DNA from: Sulfurihydrogenibium sp.
GTDB lineage: Bacteria; Aquificota; Aquificia; Aquificales; Hydrogenothermaceae
DNA: 64,000 bases
Assembly: GCA_037442825.1 (NCBI GenBank)
Contig: JBBIPN010000001.1
Coordinates: forward strand, 2,325 to 66,324
Direction: 5' to 3'
The notes under the pieces were generated by a model. The model did not search any database. It was not told the DNA's origin and was given only the letters and a program-made list of their open reading frames with translations. Both the position numbers and the translations under genes were made by a program. Every line of letters begins with the position of its first letter. Positions within the stretch are counted from its first letter, which is position 1. This document shows positions 38,189-48,616 of the stretch, piece by piece.

Positions 38189-38259
38189 TTTATAACCTCC
38201 TATCTAATCATTTTTATTTAGATTATAAAAAAAACAATCATGCTTTTAAATGATTTTTA

Positions 38260-41013
38260 TTAGTAAAATAGAATATATTTTAAATAAAGATATAATTGCT
38301 TATCAAAAGATTGCTGGATACTTTTAGTATAGGAAAATCCAAAACTTAAATTATCTTGCCTTAGTATGCTTCCTCCAATACCTCCTTCTAAAGAATACCC
38401 AAGATTTAAAACATCACTGTATATTAAACCTAAACTCATAAATGGTCTCCAAGGTCTTACATAAATTTGATCGTTATCATAACCAAAAGAAAAAGTTAAA
38501 CCTAATAAATTAAAAGATTTTGGTAAAAATTTTGTATCTGCAAAAAGAGATAAAGTTTCTATATTTCCTTTATTTCCTTCTTTTTCATTATATTTTCCAT
38601 GAGAAGAATAAACTTTAAAAGTATAGTCAGGATAACCTACTCTTAATTTATAAGAAAGTTCATCATAAAGGTTAACTGAACTTCCTATTTTCATTTTATC
38701 TGAAGAATAATAAATACTATAACTTGGGTTTATATAAACGGAAGTTCTATTGTTTAAATTATGAGTTATACCTACACTATATAAATCTTTTATCCCTCCA
38801 AATTTTAAAAATAATGTATCATCACTAGATATATTTTTTCCTATATTAATTGCTAGGTAAGATTTATCTTTTAAGTATCTATTTAATGAAAATTTAAAAT
38901 ATATATCGGTTGATAGATTATATAAAGATCCTAATCCAAATTTAAGACTGCCTTCGTCTAACTTTTTCTCAATACCAATGTAAAAATCATAGATATTATT
39001 AATGTTTTTAATACCTGTATTTTTGTTTGATAACAGGAAAAAGTTATTTATATCAGTGTTGAAAAATAAATCATTTTTTACATTATAAGACAAAGATAAA
39101 TTACTTTGTATTCCATTAATGTTTGATAAATCTAAATAAGATGATTTCATATCTAATTTTGGTCTATTTGATACAATTAAATCCCTCTGTTGTTTATAAA
39201 GCAAATAGTCTTCGGAATTATCTTCTAACCCTTTATAGCCATAATACATAGCTTTATCTCTTTCTCCTACGTCAACAAGGGCAGTTACCCTATCCCTAAT
39301 AGGTAAAATTTCGATATATTTTTTGAGAATTTCTTGTTGATAATAAGTATCATACTGATTTAATGCTATATTTAGCTTCATCCAAGGCTTTAAATCAACA
39401 GAAGATCTATTAGCTAAGTATTCTACATATTCATAATCTTCTCGTTTTAATAGATGAGATAGATAAATATCTTTATAAGTATCTTCAGATATTCTATCTT
39501 TGCTTTTTTCAAGAATTTCTAAAAATTCCCTTTCTGGTAAAAATGTATCTGCCAATCTTAAAAACTCAACCAGCTCATCATCTTCCAATATTTTCTTATT
39601 TTTTAGTTCAGTAAATATCTCATATCTAATTTTATTACTTTCATCTACTCTACCGAGAGTATAAAGTATATCTGCATAAATAATCCTATCTGATATAGAA
39701 GAATTACTATAGCTTTTAAAAATATTCTGTGCTTTGTATGAGTTTTGGAGTATAAGATATAAAATTGCAAAGGGTTTTTTCAAATCATTTTGATATTCTG
39801 AGTAGTTATCAATTATATACTTAGCAAGTTCTTGATTGGATGTTTCAATAGAAGTGTATATAAGTTCTGTTAAGATTGATGGATCAACTTTTTCCTTTAA
39901 TAAGCTTTTAGTAATATCTAAAGCTTTGCTTAGATTATTAATTCTGATCAAGCTATTTATGTATTTAGAAGCTATAAAAATATTTTTTTTATAATCTATA
40001 TCCTTATTTTCTATAAAATCTACAATAGCTTTAAAATCCTTTAAATCATAAAGAGATTCAACACAAATTGAAGCTAAATATTCATTTTTAAATTTCTTAT
40101 ATCCTTCAAAACTATATTTTGAAGCATTTTTAAAATCTTTTTTTTGAAAATAGTACAAAGAAAGCCTAATGTATTCGTTCTCTCTTTCTTTTTTATCTCT
40201 AATCAATATTTTAGAAATTTTCACAACAAACTCATAATCTCTCAAAAGCCAACTTAAATCGGATAAGTTATATAGATACTCATAATACAAACTTTTTTCT
40301 TCATCAGAATATATTTTTACTTTAGTAAAAATAGATTTTAAAAATTCATACAGTTGCCTAAGTTTATTCTTAGCATATAGGATATTGGAATATAATATTA
40401 TATCCTTTAAAGAGGGATAATAATTTTTAACTAAAGTTTCACTATATTTCTCAGCTTTATCCATATATCCATACTTATATGTAACATACCCAAGATTGTA
40501 TAAAACTTCTTTATCTTTATATTTAAGATATATTTCTTCTAAGATTTTAACTAACTCTTCAATTCTTCCTGCATGAATATAAACATAAACAAAGTCTTTC
40601 ACATTTTTAGGGTTTTTTTCTAAAACATCAATAAATTTAATAGCTACATCAAACCTGTTTGCATTTACTGCAAGATTAAATAAAGTTTTCTTAAAATTTT
40701 CATCTTTTGTTATTTCATAATACTTTAACAAAGCATCTAACGACTCATATGGTTTGTTTAACCAGAGAGATATCTGTCCGAGCATCTTCCACCAATAAGG
40801 ATTTTCAGGATATGCCTGTAAACCTTTTTGTACTACTAAATAAGCATTTTCTAAATCATTATTACCTAAGAATACAGTCAATAATAACTTTAGAGATTCT
40901 TCATCTAAATTTGATTTAGAATATTTATCTACATGTTTATTTTTATCTTCTATTTCGGTTTCGCTATAGGAAAAAGATATAAAAATGAGAAGTAAAATTA
41001 AGATTACTATCAT
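38260..41013 (-). CDS. pelB: PelB C-terminal part (TPRs plus outer-membrane beta-barrel) with its own signal peptide
   Basis: Last gene of the pel cluster; TPR-rich N-terminal half, beta-strand C-terminal half ending in an aromatic residue (YLKYILFY); YVRPWRPF. Confidence 0.75.
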   Translation of the reverse strand: MIVILILLLIFISFSYSETEIEDKNKHVDKYSKSNLDEESLKLLLTVFLGNNDLENAYLVVQKGLQAYPENPYWWKMLGQISLWLNKPYESLDALLKYYEITKDENFKKTLFNLAVNANRFDVAIKFIDVLEKNPKNVKDFVYVYIHAGRIEELVKILEEIYLKYKDKEVLYNLGYVTYKYGYMDKAEKYSETLVKNYYPSLKDIILYSNILYAKNKLRQLYEFLKSIFTKVKIYSDEEKSLYYEYLYNLSDLSWLLRDYEFVVKISKILIRDKKERENEYIRLSLYYFQKKDFKNASKYSFEGYKKFKNEYLASICVESLYDLKDFKAIVDFIENKDIDYKKNIFIASKYINSLIRINNLSKALDITKSLLKEKVDPSILTELIYTSIETSNQELAKYIIDNYSEYQNDLKKPFAILYLILQNSYKAQNIFKSYSNSSISDRIIYADILYTLGRVDESNKIRYEIFTELKNKKILEDDELVEFLRLADTFLPEREFLEILEKSKDRISEDTYKDIYLSHLLKREDYEYVEYLANRSSVDLKPWMKLNIALNQYDTYYQQEILKKYIEILPIRDRVTALVDVGERDKAMYYGYKGLEDNSEDYLLYKQQRDLIVSNRPKLDMKSSYLDLSNINGIQSNLSLSYNVKNDLFFNTDINNFFLLSNKNTGIKNINNIYDFYIGIEKKLDEGSLKFGLGSLYNLSTDIYFKFSLNRYLKDKSYLAINIGKNISSDDTLFLKFGGIKDLYSVGITHNLNNRTSVYINPSYSIYYSSDKMKIGSSVNLYDELSYKLRVGYPDYTFKVYSSHGKYNEKEGNKGNIETLSLFADTKFLPKSFNLLGLTFSFGYDNDQIYVRPWRPFMSLGLIYSDVLNLGYSLEGGIGGSILRQDNLSFGFSYTKSIQQSFDKQLYLYLKYILFY

Positions 41014-42101
41014 TTTAGCACCTCATTTTTAATTTCTAATGCAATTTCATGAGCAAATTTGGGATCTCCTGTAGCTAAAGCTGATTTTAGTATAAATTTA
41101 ACCATTTCTCTGTCTTGTAGGAAATTTTTATAATTTTTTCTAATTGTTTCTTTTACAAGTCTATAATTTTTGCTATACATAGCAATTTCTAAGGTCTTTT
41201 TGAAATATTCTTTTTTCTTATTAAAGTTTCTTTCTTTTTCTAAGAGAAATAAACAGTAATCCATAGCTTTAATATAATCTCTTCTGATTAAGTATAAATC
41301 TAAAATCTTTTTATTATAAGAAACTTCATTATTTTTATCTAAAACTTTAAGATAATTTAAAGACCATAAAGCTTCGTCGTAATCTTTAAGCATTAAAGAA
41401 ATGTTATAAAATTTTTGAAGCCAAAAAACTTTATCCTTTTCATCCTTCATTATCAACTTTCTAAGTATATTTAAAGCAATGGAATAATTTTCTGTAGCTA
41501 ATGATTGTTTATAACTTTCTTCTAACCAATGTAAATTTTCTGGTTTTATTGAGTTTATTTTTAAACTAACTTCAAGAGCTATATCTGGAAAAGCCATAGA
41601 TAAAGATTCTTTAAAAATCTCCTCTAAAAAGTTTAGATCTAACGATTTTCTATAACTTGATTTTAATATTTCTTTCATCTCTTGTCTAATCTTTTCTTTA
41701 TCTTCTTCTGAAAATTGATCTGAAAAATATTTAGTTTTTAATATTAAATATTTTGAAAAAAAAGCTTTTGCTTTAATATTTTCTTCTGGATATAACTCTA
41801 ATTCCTTGATATAATCCAGTACTTCATCATATTTGCCTAATTTTATAAGTCTTTCTACCATTAAAATTTTTAAATTTGGATCTGGATTTAATTTTATTAA
41901 TTGTTTTAAGTATATATTTGATAAATTTATATTAGAATCTTCTTCTAGAATAAAACGCTCTATTTTACCTTTAGGAAATAAAATATAAGCTATAAGAAAG
42001 AAAATTATAACAAATACTGCTATCTCCTTATTATCTATAAACTTAGCTTTTACAGTAGGCTTCCACATTGACTTCTTTCTCTTTTTTAAATTTGTACTCA
42101 T
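41010..42101 (-). CDS. PelB N-terminal-like TPR protein with an N-terminal membrane anchor
   Basis: TM segment then LSNIYLKQLIKLNPD..LKILMVERLIKLGKYDEV, resembling the recalled N-terminus of Pseudomonas PelB. Confidence 0.65.
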   Translation of the reverse strand: MSTNLKKRKKSMWKPTVKAKFIDNKEIAVFVIIFFLIAYILFPKGKIERFILEEDSNINLSNIYLKQLIKLNPDPNLKILMVERLIKLGKYDEVLDYIKELELYPEENIKAKAFFSKYLILKTKYFSDQFSEEDKEKIRQEMKEILKSSYRKSLDLNFLEEIFKESLSMAFPDIALEVSLKINSIKPENLHWLEESYKQSLATENYSIALNILRKLIMKDEKDKVFWLQKFYNISLMLKDYDEALWSLNYLKVLDKNNEVSYNKKILDLYLIRRDYIKAMDYCLFLLEKERNFNKKKEYFKKTLEIAMYSKNYRLVKETIRKNYKNFLQDREMVKFILKSALATGDPKFAHEIALEIKNEVLK

Positions 42102-44781
42102 AGATATCTTTCTCTTTAACTATTTCATAGTTTTTATTTGGATCTACAATAACTTCACAATTCTTATTTAAAATTTTAAAATTTAGAGGAAGATAACTTT
42201 TTAGTTTAAAATAAATCTTATCATTCTCTTTTTTATAGGATACTATCTGACCGTTCGAATCAATAAGTAAAAATTTTGGAATTTCATTAGATAGAATAAT
42301 TTTAGAATTTCCTTCATTTGAAAGATGTACATATATTGAGTTATTGATTTTTTTATATCCTAAAATTCCTTCACTTTTAAAAATATCAATATCTATATCT
42401 TTATCAAATCTAACTGTTTTTAAATTTCCTTCACTTCTAATAACAAAATTATCAACTAAATCTTTAGCTATTACGGTGTTTCTAAACTCTAAAACTCTTT
42501 GAGCATATTCAGATAAAAACATAGGATTATTATCTTGAGAAATAGCATAGTTGTATACTTCTTTTAATGCTTGTAATGAAGATATTTTTTGACCAGAATA
42601 AAAATGATAGTATATATTTAGTGGTTTAAATCTATAAGGTTTATCTGTAAGTTTAAAAGTCGATATAACATTTAAATAACCATTATAATATGTCCATAAA
42701 TCTGTATAAATATTTTCGTTTTGAATAGGTGCATATATTTGAAAGTACTCTCCTTTATTTACTCCCATAGATGATATAAGAGAAAAATAGGGGAATTTAG
42801 AGCTAATTTCAGTATTTCCACCATTTACATTATATATACCATATTTATAAGTAAGTTTTATTGCTTCTTGCGGTGGGACACAATCCCCTGTCCATAAGAA
42901 AACTTTAACTTTTTTTCCAGGTGGCAAAAGGTTTTTATCTATATAATCTATAGAATCTGTTATTTCTCTTTCAAGACTAAATTTGTAATCTTTTATATTT
43001 AAATTATAGATTCCTTCCTTATAAGAATTACGATCCTTATGTTTAAAATATTCATATAAAAGTATCCACTTATAAGGATGGGAAAAAGAATGACTTGCCG
43101 GTTCTACATTTTCAAGTTGAAAAATAGATTTAGCAATACTTTCAAGATTTTTACTTTTATCAGGATATAATCCATTAGGACTTATCTCTCCTTCTATAAT
43201 AGATATGGTATGAGGTATTTTATAAACCTTTAGTATTTCATCTCTAATTATTTCTCCTAAATTTTTTTGTGGGTTAAAATCAGCTACACCAAAAAAAGCA
43301 TCTCCATCTATATGAGAAATCAATATTCTTTTACCGTTTTCTGTAGTAACATCAGGAATAGGAAAAGATGGTTTAAAAACATCTTTAAATATCTCTACAG
43401 GATTAAAAACAAAAAGAGCAGGATCTAGCCCTGCAAACAAAAATGTATTTTCAAGAGCATAGCCTCCCCAATCTGTAATTGCAAAAGGAAAAAACTCTTT
43501 ATTACCTACATAAATAGATAAAACAGGTTTATAATTTCCAAATGGGACTATTTTTTGGATAGAACCAAAATTTTCAGGTTTTATCTCAAAATATTTGTAA
43601 TCGTAGGTTTTATAATCTACTTTTTCAAAAAGAGATAATGTTCCTATGTTTTTGAGTTTTAAAACATTTGATAAAAAATCTTCATCATATGGAAGAGTTA
43701 AAAAAAATACTTTTAATCCATCTTTTATCTGATTTTCTATCCAAGCAAGTATTTCTTTAGAAAACTCTTCTGGTTGAAGATTTACTATTACACCAGCATA
43801 CTCATCCCCAATATAATTTTTTGGAATCTCTTTTATATCAACTAAAACAGGAACAAATCCTAAATATTCTAAAAAAACTTGGAAATTTTGATGAACTTCA
43901 TTATAAGAGGGATCTGTTTTAGAAGAGTTATATGGTATTAATATCTTCCTTGGTATTATTTGATATATACTTGTTCCTAACGTTTGTAAAAATTTATCTG
44001 TAACGTAAGGAATAAAACCATACTGATAAATTTTTTTTGCTACTTCTTTTTGTAATTTTTTATCTTTTGGATTTACATAATCTATAACTATAACTTTTAA
44101 ACCTAATTCTTTTATTTTGCTTAATTGGTTTAAAAGCCAGTTTCTATCTTCTTCTTCTTTTTGTTTTTTATAATACATACTTTTTGTATCTAACCCATAA
44201 AACAAAGATTCTGCAACTACAGCATCTATTTTATCTTTTACATATGGAACAACTTCAAAACCTCTATTTAGTATTATTTTTTTTGTTGAATATTTAGATT
44301 TCACCTCATTTATAAATGAAATTATAGATTCTTGGTACGCTTTAATTTCTTCTGGCTTCTTTAAAACAGCTTGATAACTATCTACTGTATCAAAGAAAAA
44401 ACCATCATATTTTTCTAACTTAGACATAACATTGTTTATTAGAAACTCCATATAACCTTTATTTCTTAAATCTGCTATATATGTTTTCCAATCTTTGTTT
44501 TCTCCTAATATCCATTCTTTCTTTATATCTTTATAATAACTTCTGTAAGGTTCTATTTCTCCAATAGATACATATGCAAAAAGTTTTGACTTTTTATTTT
44601 TTATATAAAATTTTTCATTTAGTTTTTCAAAAGAAAAATTGTCTGGATCTACTACTAACCAATCATAAAGATAAAAAGCTTCTTCAGGTGGTTGTTTATA
44701 AATAAATCCTACACTTATATTTTCAGCCCAAACTATGTTAATAAAACTAAATAAGCATAAAAGTTTGATAATGTATTTCAT
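42043..44781 (-). CDS. pelA: Bifunctional alpha-1,4-GalNAc glycoside hydrolase / deacetylase PelA
   Basis: YVSIGE, FFFDTVDSY, ILNRGFE and VVAES (GH domain); HIDGD, ASHSFSHP and YYHFYSG (deacetylase domain). Confidence 0.92.
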   Translation of the reverse strand: MKYIIKLLCLFSFINIVWAENISVGFIYKQPPEEAFYLYDWLVVDPDNFSFEKLNEKFYIKNKKSKLFAYVSIGEIEPYRSYYKDIKKEWILGENKDWKTYIADLRNKGYMEFLINNVMSKLEKYDGFFFDTVDSYQAVLKKPEEIKAYQESIISFINEVKSKYSTKKIILNRGFEVVPYVKDKIDAVVAESLFYGLDTKSMYYKKQKEEEDRNWLLNQLSKIKELGLKVIVIDYVNPKDKKLQKEVAKKIYQYGFIPYVTDKFLQTLGTSIYQIIPRKILIPYNSSKTDPSYNEVHQNFQVFLEYLGFVPVLVDIKEIPKNYIGDEYAGVIVNLQPEEFSKEILAWIENQIKDGLKVFFLTLPYDEDFLSNVLKLKNIGTLSLFEKVDYKTYDYKYFEIKPENFGSIQKIVPFGNYKPVLSIYVGNKEFFPFAITDWGGYALENTFLFAGLDPALFVFNPVEIFKDVFKPSFPIPDVTTENGKRILISHIDGDAFFGVADFNPQKNLGEIIRDEILKVYKIPHTISIIEGEISPNGLYPDKSKNLESIAKSIFQLENVEPASHSFSHPYKWILLYEYFKHKDRNSYKEGIYNLNIKDYKFSLEREITDSIDYIDKNLLPPGKKVKVFLWTGDCVPPQEAIKLTYKYGIYNVNGGNTEISSKFPYFSLISSMGVNKGEYFQIYAPIQNENIYTDLWTYYNGYLNVISTFKLTDKPYRFKPLNIYYHFYSGQKISSLQALKEVYNYAISQDNNPMFLSEYAQRVLEFRNTVIAKDLVDNFVIRSEGNLKTVRFDKDIDIDIFKSEGILGYKKINNSIYVHLSNEGNSKIILSNEIPKFLLIDSNGQIVSYKKENDKIYFKLKSYLPLNFKILNKNCEVIVDPNKNYEIVKEKDIYEYKFKKEKEVNVEAYCKS

Positions 44782-46114
44782 TTAAAAACCTCCTTAACAG
44801 CAATACTGCAAATATATTACAAATAAATAAAGAAGTTAAAAAACCATAGCCATAAAAATAAGGTCCTAAAGCTATACTTATATATGTAAAACTTCCATTT
44901 AAAAGAACAAAAAATAAACTTAGTATTAACACTTCTTTTCTTCTATCAAAGTAATTTAAAATAGCTAACAACACCATAAAAATAAGTTGCATATAAACAG
45001 CCAACAATAGTATATGAAAGATAGGTATGTATAAAAAAGATAAGTTAAACATTTTAAAAATTGTTTTATCAAAAAAGATAATAATGATAAAAAATATACC
45101 TTGTATTCTTAAAGTATCAAAAATTACATTCCGTGCTGAGTATAGTAAATTATCTCCAAATTCATAAATCTTATTTAATGTAGCTCCTTCCCTTACAGCT
45201 TTATAATATTTATTGTAATATTCAGCAAACTCTGTTTCTAACTTTAAAAAGAATATGGCTATTCCTGGTGTTATAGATAAGTATGCTAAAAACATAGGTA
45301 TATCATAAACAATTGATGATCTTATAGGTCCTAAGATTTCTAAACCTGTATCTCTATGAAACCAAAAGATAAATTTATCAATCCAAATCCCAAGGTTATA
45401 AAAAAATCCCGAAAATATAAGAGAAATATAAATTTTATCCTTTTCTAAGAAATCAAAAGCTATTAAATTTTTAGATGGGTAACTTCTCACAAAATAAGAT
45501 AATAAAAGGAAATATATAACCCCTTGACCTAAGAAAAAGGAAACTAAAAGACCAGTTAAATTGTACTTAACAGTTAAAAAAGAGGAAAGAAAAAATACTA
45601 AGTAACCCAATAAAAAAGAGAAAACAATAAATTTATAACTTTTAAAACCTACAATTACTATATTAATAATCCAAATCCCACTCATTATTGAAAATGTTCC
45701 GGTAAAAGCTATAATAAAAGGAACTCCTAAATCTTTAAAAAAATATAGTGAAAAAAGCAAAGATAATATAAAAGCTGCAGACATATTTAATAACATATTA
45801 CCCATTAGATTTGGCAGTATAATTTCTTCTTTTCCTTCAAACAGTCTATCTGCTAAAAACCTTGTTATCATCAACTGAGAAAATCCTGTAATTACTAAAG
45901 TAAAAGCCGTAAGATAAGTTACAACAATACCAAACTGTATAATTACCTTATCAGAAATAAATGGTCTTAAAAAAACAAAAGCTAAAATCAAAGTTAAAAT
46001 AGAGATTATATAAGGACCTGCCATTAGTACAACCGAGTATCCAAATGCTTTTAAAATAGAACCAAGAGTATTTTCCTTTAATATTTTCCTTAGTTCAAAA
46101 CTTATTCCTGCCAA
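44747..46114 (-). CDS. pelG: Pel exopolysaccharide transporter PelG
   Basis: MAGISFELRK start, LGIWIDKFIFW, YDIPMFLAYLS and LNYFDRR motifs; multiple TM segments. Confidence 0.95.
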   Translation of the reverse strand: MAGISFELRKILKENTLGSILKAFGYSVVLMAGPYIISILTLILAFVFLRPFISDKVIIQFGIVVTYLTAFTLVITGFSQLMITRFLADRLFEGKEEIILPNLMGNMLLNMSAAFILSLLFSLYFFKDLGVPFIIAFTGTFSIMSGIWIINIVIVGFKSYKFIVFSFLLGYLVFFLSSFLTVKYNLTGLLVSFFLGQGVIYFLLLSYFVRSYPSKNLIAFDFLEKDKIYISLIFSGFFYNLGIWIDKFIFWFHRDTGLEILGPIRSSIVYDIPMFLAYLSITPGIAIFFLKLETEFAEYYNKYYKAVREGATLNKIYEFGDNLLYSARNVIFDTLRIQGIFFIIIIFFDKTIFKMFNLSFLYIPIFHILLLAVYMQLIFMVLLAILNYFDRRKEVLILSLFFVLLNGSFTYISIALGPYFYGYGFLTSLFICNIFAVLLLRRFLNEIHYQTFMLI

Positions 46115-47628
46115 CTTTTTAATACCTCTTGGTATATTTTTTTATAATTATTTAAAAATTGATCTTTTCTATAAAATCTATTGACTCTTTTTAAAGCATT
46201 TAATTGGTATTTTCTCCATAAATTTTCATCTGTTAATATTGAAATATAAGCTTTTGACAACAACTCTGGATTTGCTATTGGAACCACCTCTCCAGCTTCT
46301 CCTATTTCTAGATCTTCTTGATTTAAACCTCCATAAATTAGTTGTCTACAAGATCCAACGTCAGTAGTAACTGCTGGTAACCCTGCTGCAAATCCTTCAA
46401 GAACAACCAAAGGCATTCCTTCACTTATAGATGTTAAAGTTAATATTCCTGTCTTCGGGAAAATGTCCTTAGGATTTTGAAATCCTAAAAATTTTACATT
46501 TTCTTCTAACGAATATGCTTTTACAAGTAATAAACATTCCTGATAGTAATTAGGATCCTCATCTGTAGGACCCACTATCCATCCTTCTACATCTGGTAAA
46601 TTATTCACTACAATTCTCATAGCCTTTATAAATGTTTTTATATCTTTTATAGGAACAACCCTTCCTAATAAAGTTATAACTTTCGGTATATATGATGGCC
46701 TTTTTTCTAAAGCTAAAGCATATCCATCTACATCAACACCATTCGGAATTACTATACATTTATCTTCAGGTGCATCATAGGAAATTTGTATTTTCCTTGC
46801 ATCATCAAAAAGAGATATAATAAGATCACTAGCATGGTAAATAAATCTTCCAATACTTTCAAAAAATTTTATCCATATATTTTTTATATGGCTCACTTCC
46901 CCTATATCCCTTTGGAAAAAGAATCTTTCATCTTTTAACCAGTCTGAATGCATTAAATCAATTTTTCTTTCTTTTGTATAAATACCGTGTTCTGTAAGAA
47001 TAAAAGGCTTTTTTTTATGATACTTAAGGAGAGAAGCTAAAAAACCAGCATATCCTGTGGACGGACTATGTACTAAACCAAAATCCGGAATATTTGATGC
47101 TACTTTTGCAACAGTCCATATTGGAGCATGCATATTCCTTATATTCCAAAAATAATCAATAAAAGGGCTTTCTTGGTCATATTCAGCATACATATTTATT
47201 ATAAAGTCCCAAGCCTCTCTACTAAATAGAAAATCTTCGTGTTTTATATCTTCTATAAAAAATCTAATATCTTTCAATTTGTCTGGTAAATCTAATTTTT
47301 TATCAAAATTTTCTTTAAACCAATTATGTAAAAATTCTATATATTTAAATTTCTCTTTATCTACATTTCTTTCCTTAGGTTTAACTTCTTCTTTATAATC
47401 AAATATATAAGAAACAGAAAGGTAAACTATGTTTTCAGGTAATTTATACTTTATTTCTCCATAATCTTCTGGTCTACTTCCTAAAAAAACGACACCAAAA
47501 TTAATATCACTTAATCCACTTACTAACTCATGAATCCAAGAAGAAACACCTCCTCTTATATAGGGGTAAGTCCCTTCTGCAATTATAAGTATATCTATTT
47601 TTTTATTTTTATTGATTATCTCTATCAT
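46102..47628 (-). CDS. pelF: GT4 glycosyltransferase PelF
   Basis: EGTYPYIRGGVSSW, STGYAG, TEHGIYTKER, RVVPIKDIKTFI and SEGMPLVVLE motifs. Confidence 0.95.
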   Translation of the reverse strand: MIEIINKNKKIDILIIAEGTYPYIRGGVSSWIHELVSGLSDINFGVVFLGSRPEDYGEIKYKLPENIVYLSVSYIFDYKEEVKPKERNVDKEKFKYIEFLHNWFKENFDKKLDLPDKLKDIRFFIEDIKHEDFLFSREAWDFIINMYAEYDQESPFIDYFWNIRNMHAPIWTVAKVASNIPDFGLVHSPSTGYAGFLASLLKYHKKKPFILTEHGIYTKERKIDLMHSDWLKDERFFFQRDIGEVSHIKNIWIKFFESIGRFIYHASDLIISLFDDARKIQISYDAPEDKCIVIPNGVDVDGYALALEKRPSYIPKVITLLGRVVPIKDIKTFIKAMRIVVNNLPDVEGWIVGPTDEDPNYYQECLLLVKAYSLEENVKFLGFQNPKDIFPKTGILTLTSISEGMPLVVLEGFAAGLPAVTTDVGSCRQLIYGGLNQEDLEIGEAGEVVPIANPELLSKAYISILTDENLWRKYQLNALKRVNRFYRKDQFLNNYKKIYQEVLKSWQE

Positions 47629-48616
47629 TTTCTTTACACCAAAGTATTTTCATAAAATGAGTTCTAACCTGCGGTGTTGTGTCAAGTTGTGAAAACAATC
47701 GCTTAACCATGTCATATTTTTTTTCATAAAAATAACATTCTACAAGATAAGGTATAACTTTATTTTTTCTAACTTTGTTAGAAAAGTAGGCTTTTACTAA
47801 GTATTCTTTAGCTTTGATATAGTCTTTAATATATAAATAAATTCTTCCAAGTAAAAAGTAAGCTAAAAAGTTTTCTTTTATATTTAAACTCTCTTTTACA
47901 TAAAAAATGGTTTTTTCAATAAAAAATTTTCTCATCTCTTCATCTGCAATTTTAAAAATGATAAAGTTCCAATAAATTTGCCCTAACTCCAGATAAATTT
48001 CTGCTTTTTCTTCATTAGATAAATCTTCCTCCTTTAATTTCTCATTTAACATATAAATCTTTTCATTTAAATCTTTTTCCATTTTTGAGATTAAACTAAA
48101 TGCCATTAGCCTTATTTCATCAATACTACTTGATATACTTTCTTTTACAACTGCCATAGTATTTGGATCTAAATTTTCTTGGATATAAAGAAAAATTTTC
48201 TCCGCCAAACCTTTTGAAGAATTTTTATTTAAACTAACAATGTTTATAGAACCTTCACCAAATTTTCTACTATTAAATTTAAAATCTTCACTATAAACTT
48301 CATTAATAGTAAATTTTTCAAAAAGTTTAACTCCAGCATCCCTCTCTTTCTTTAAGACAAAAATTGCTAAAAGTAGGAAAATGTATCCTAATACAAGTCC
48401 AAAAAAACCTACCAAAAAAAATACAGTTAAAACGGATAGATATTTTTGATCTATATTTATCTTCCTCTTTAAAAGTACAGATATAACTGAAGATAATAGA
48501 AAAATTGCTATTCCATGAAAGAGGAAAAAAAGAAAAATCGCTAAATAAATATTTTCAATAAAGATAGTACCCATAGACAAAATTTCAAAAAAACCAGAGT
48601 AATAAATTTTATTCAT
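47609..48616 (-). CDS. pelE: PelE-like membrane protein with TPR
   Basis: N-terminal TMs; DEIRLMAFSL; C-terminal TPRs; lies between pelD and pelF. Confidence 0.8.
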   Translation of the reverse strand: MNKIYYSGFFEILSMGTIFIENIYLAIFLFFLFHGIAIFLLSSVISVLLKRKINIDQKYLSVLTVFFLVGFFGLVLGYIFLLLAIFVLKKERDAGVKLFEKFTINEVYSEDFKFNSRKFGEGSINIVSLNKNSSKGLAEKIFLYIQENLDPNTMAVVKESISSSIDEIRLMAFSLISKMEKDLNEKIYMLNEKLKEEDLSNEEKAEIYLELGQIYWNFIIFKIADEEMRKFFIEKTIFYVKESLNIKENFLAYFLLGRIYLYIKDYIKAKEYLVKAYFSNKVRKNKVIPYLVECYFYEKKYDMVKRLFSQLDTTPQVRTHFMKILWCKENDRDNQ

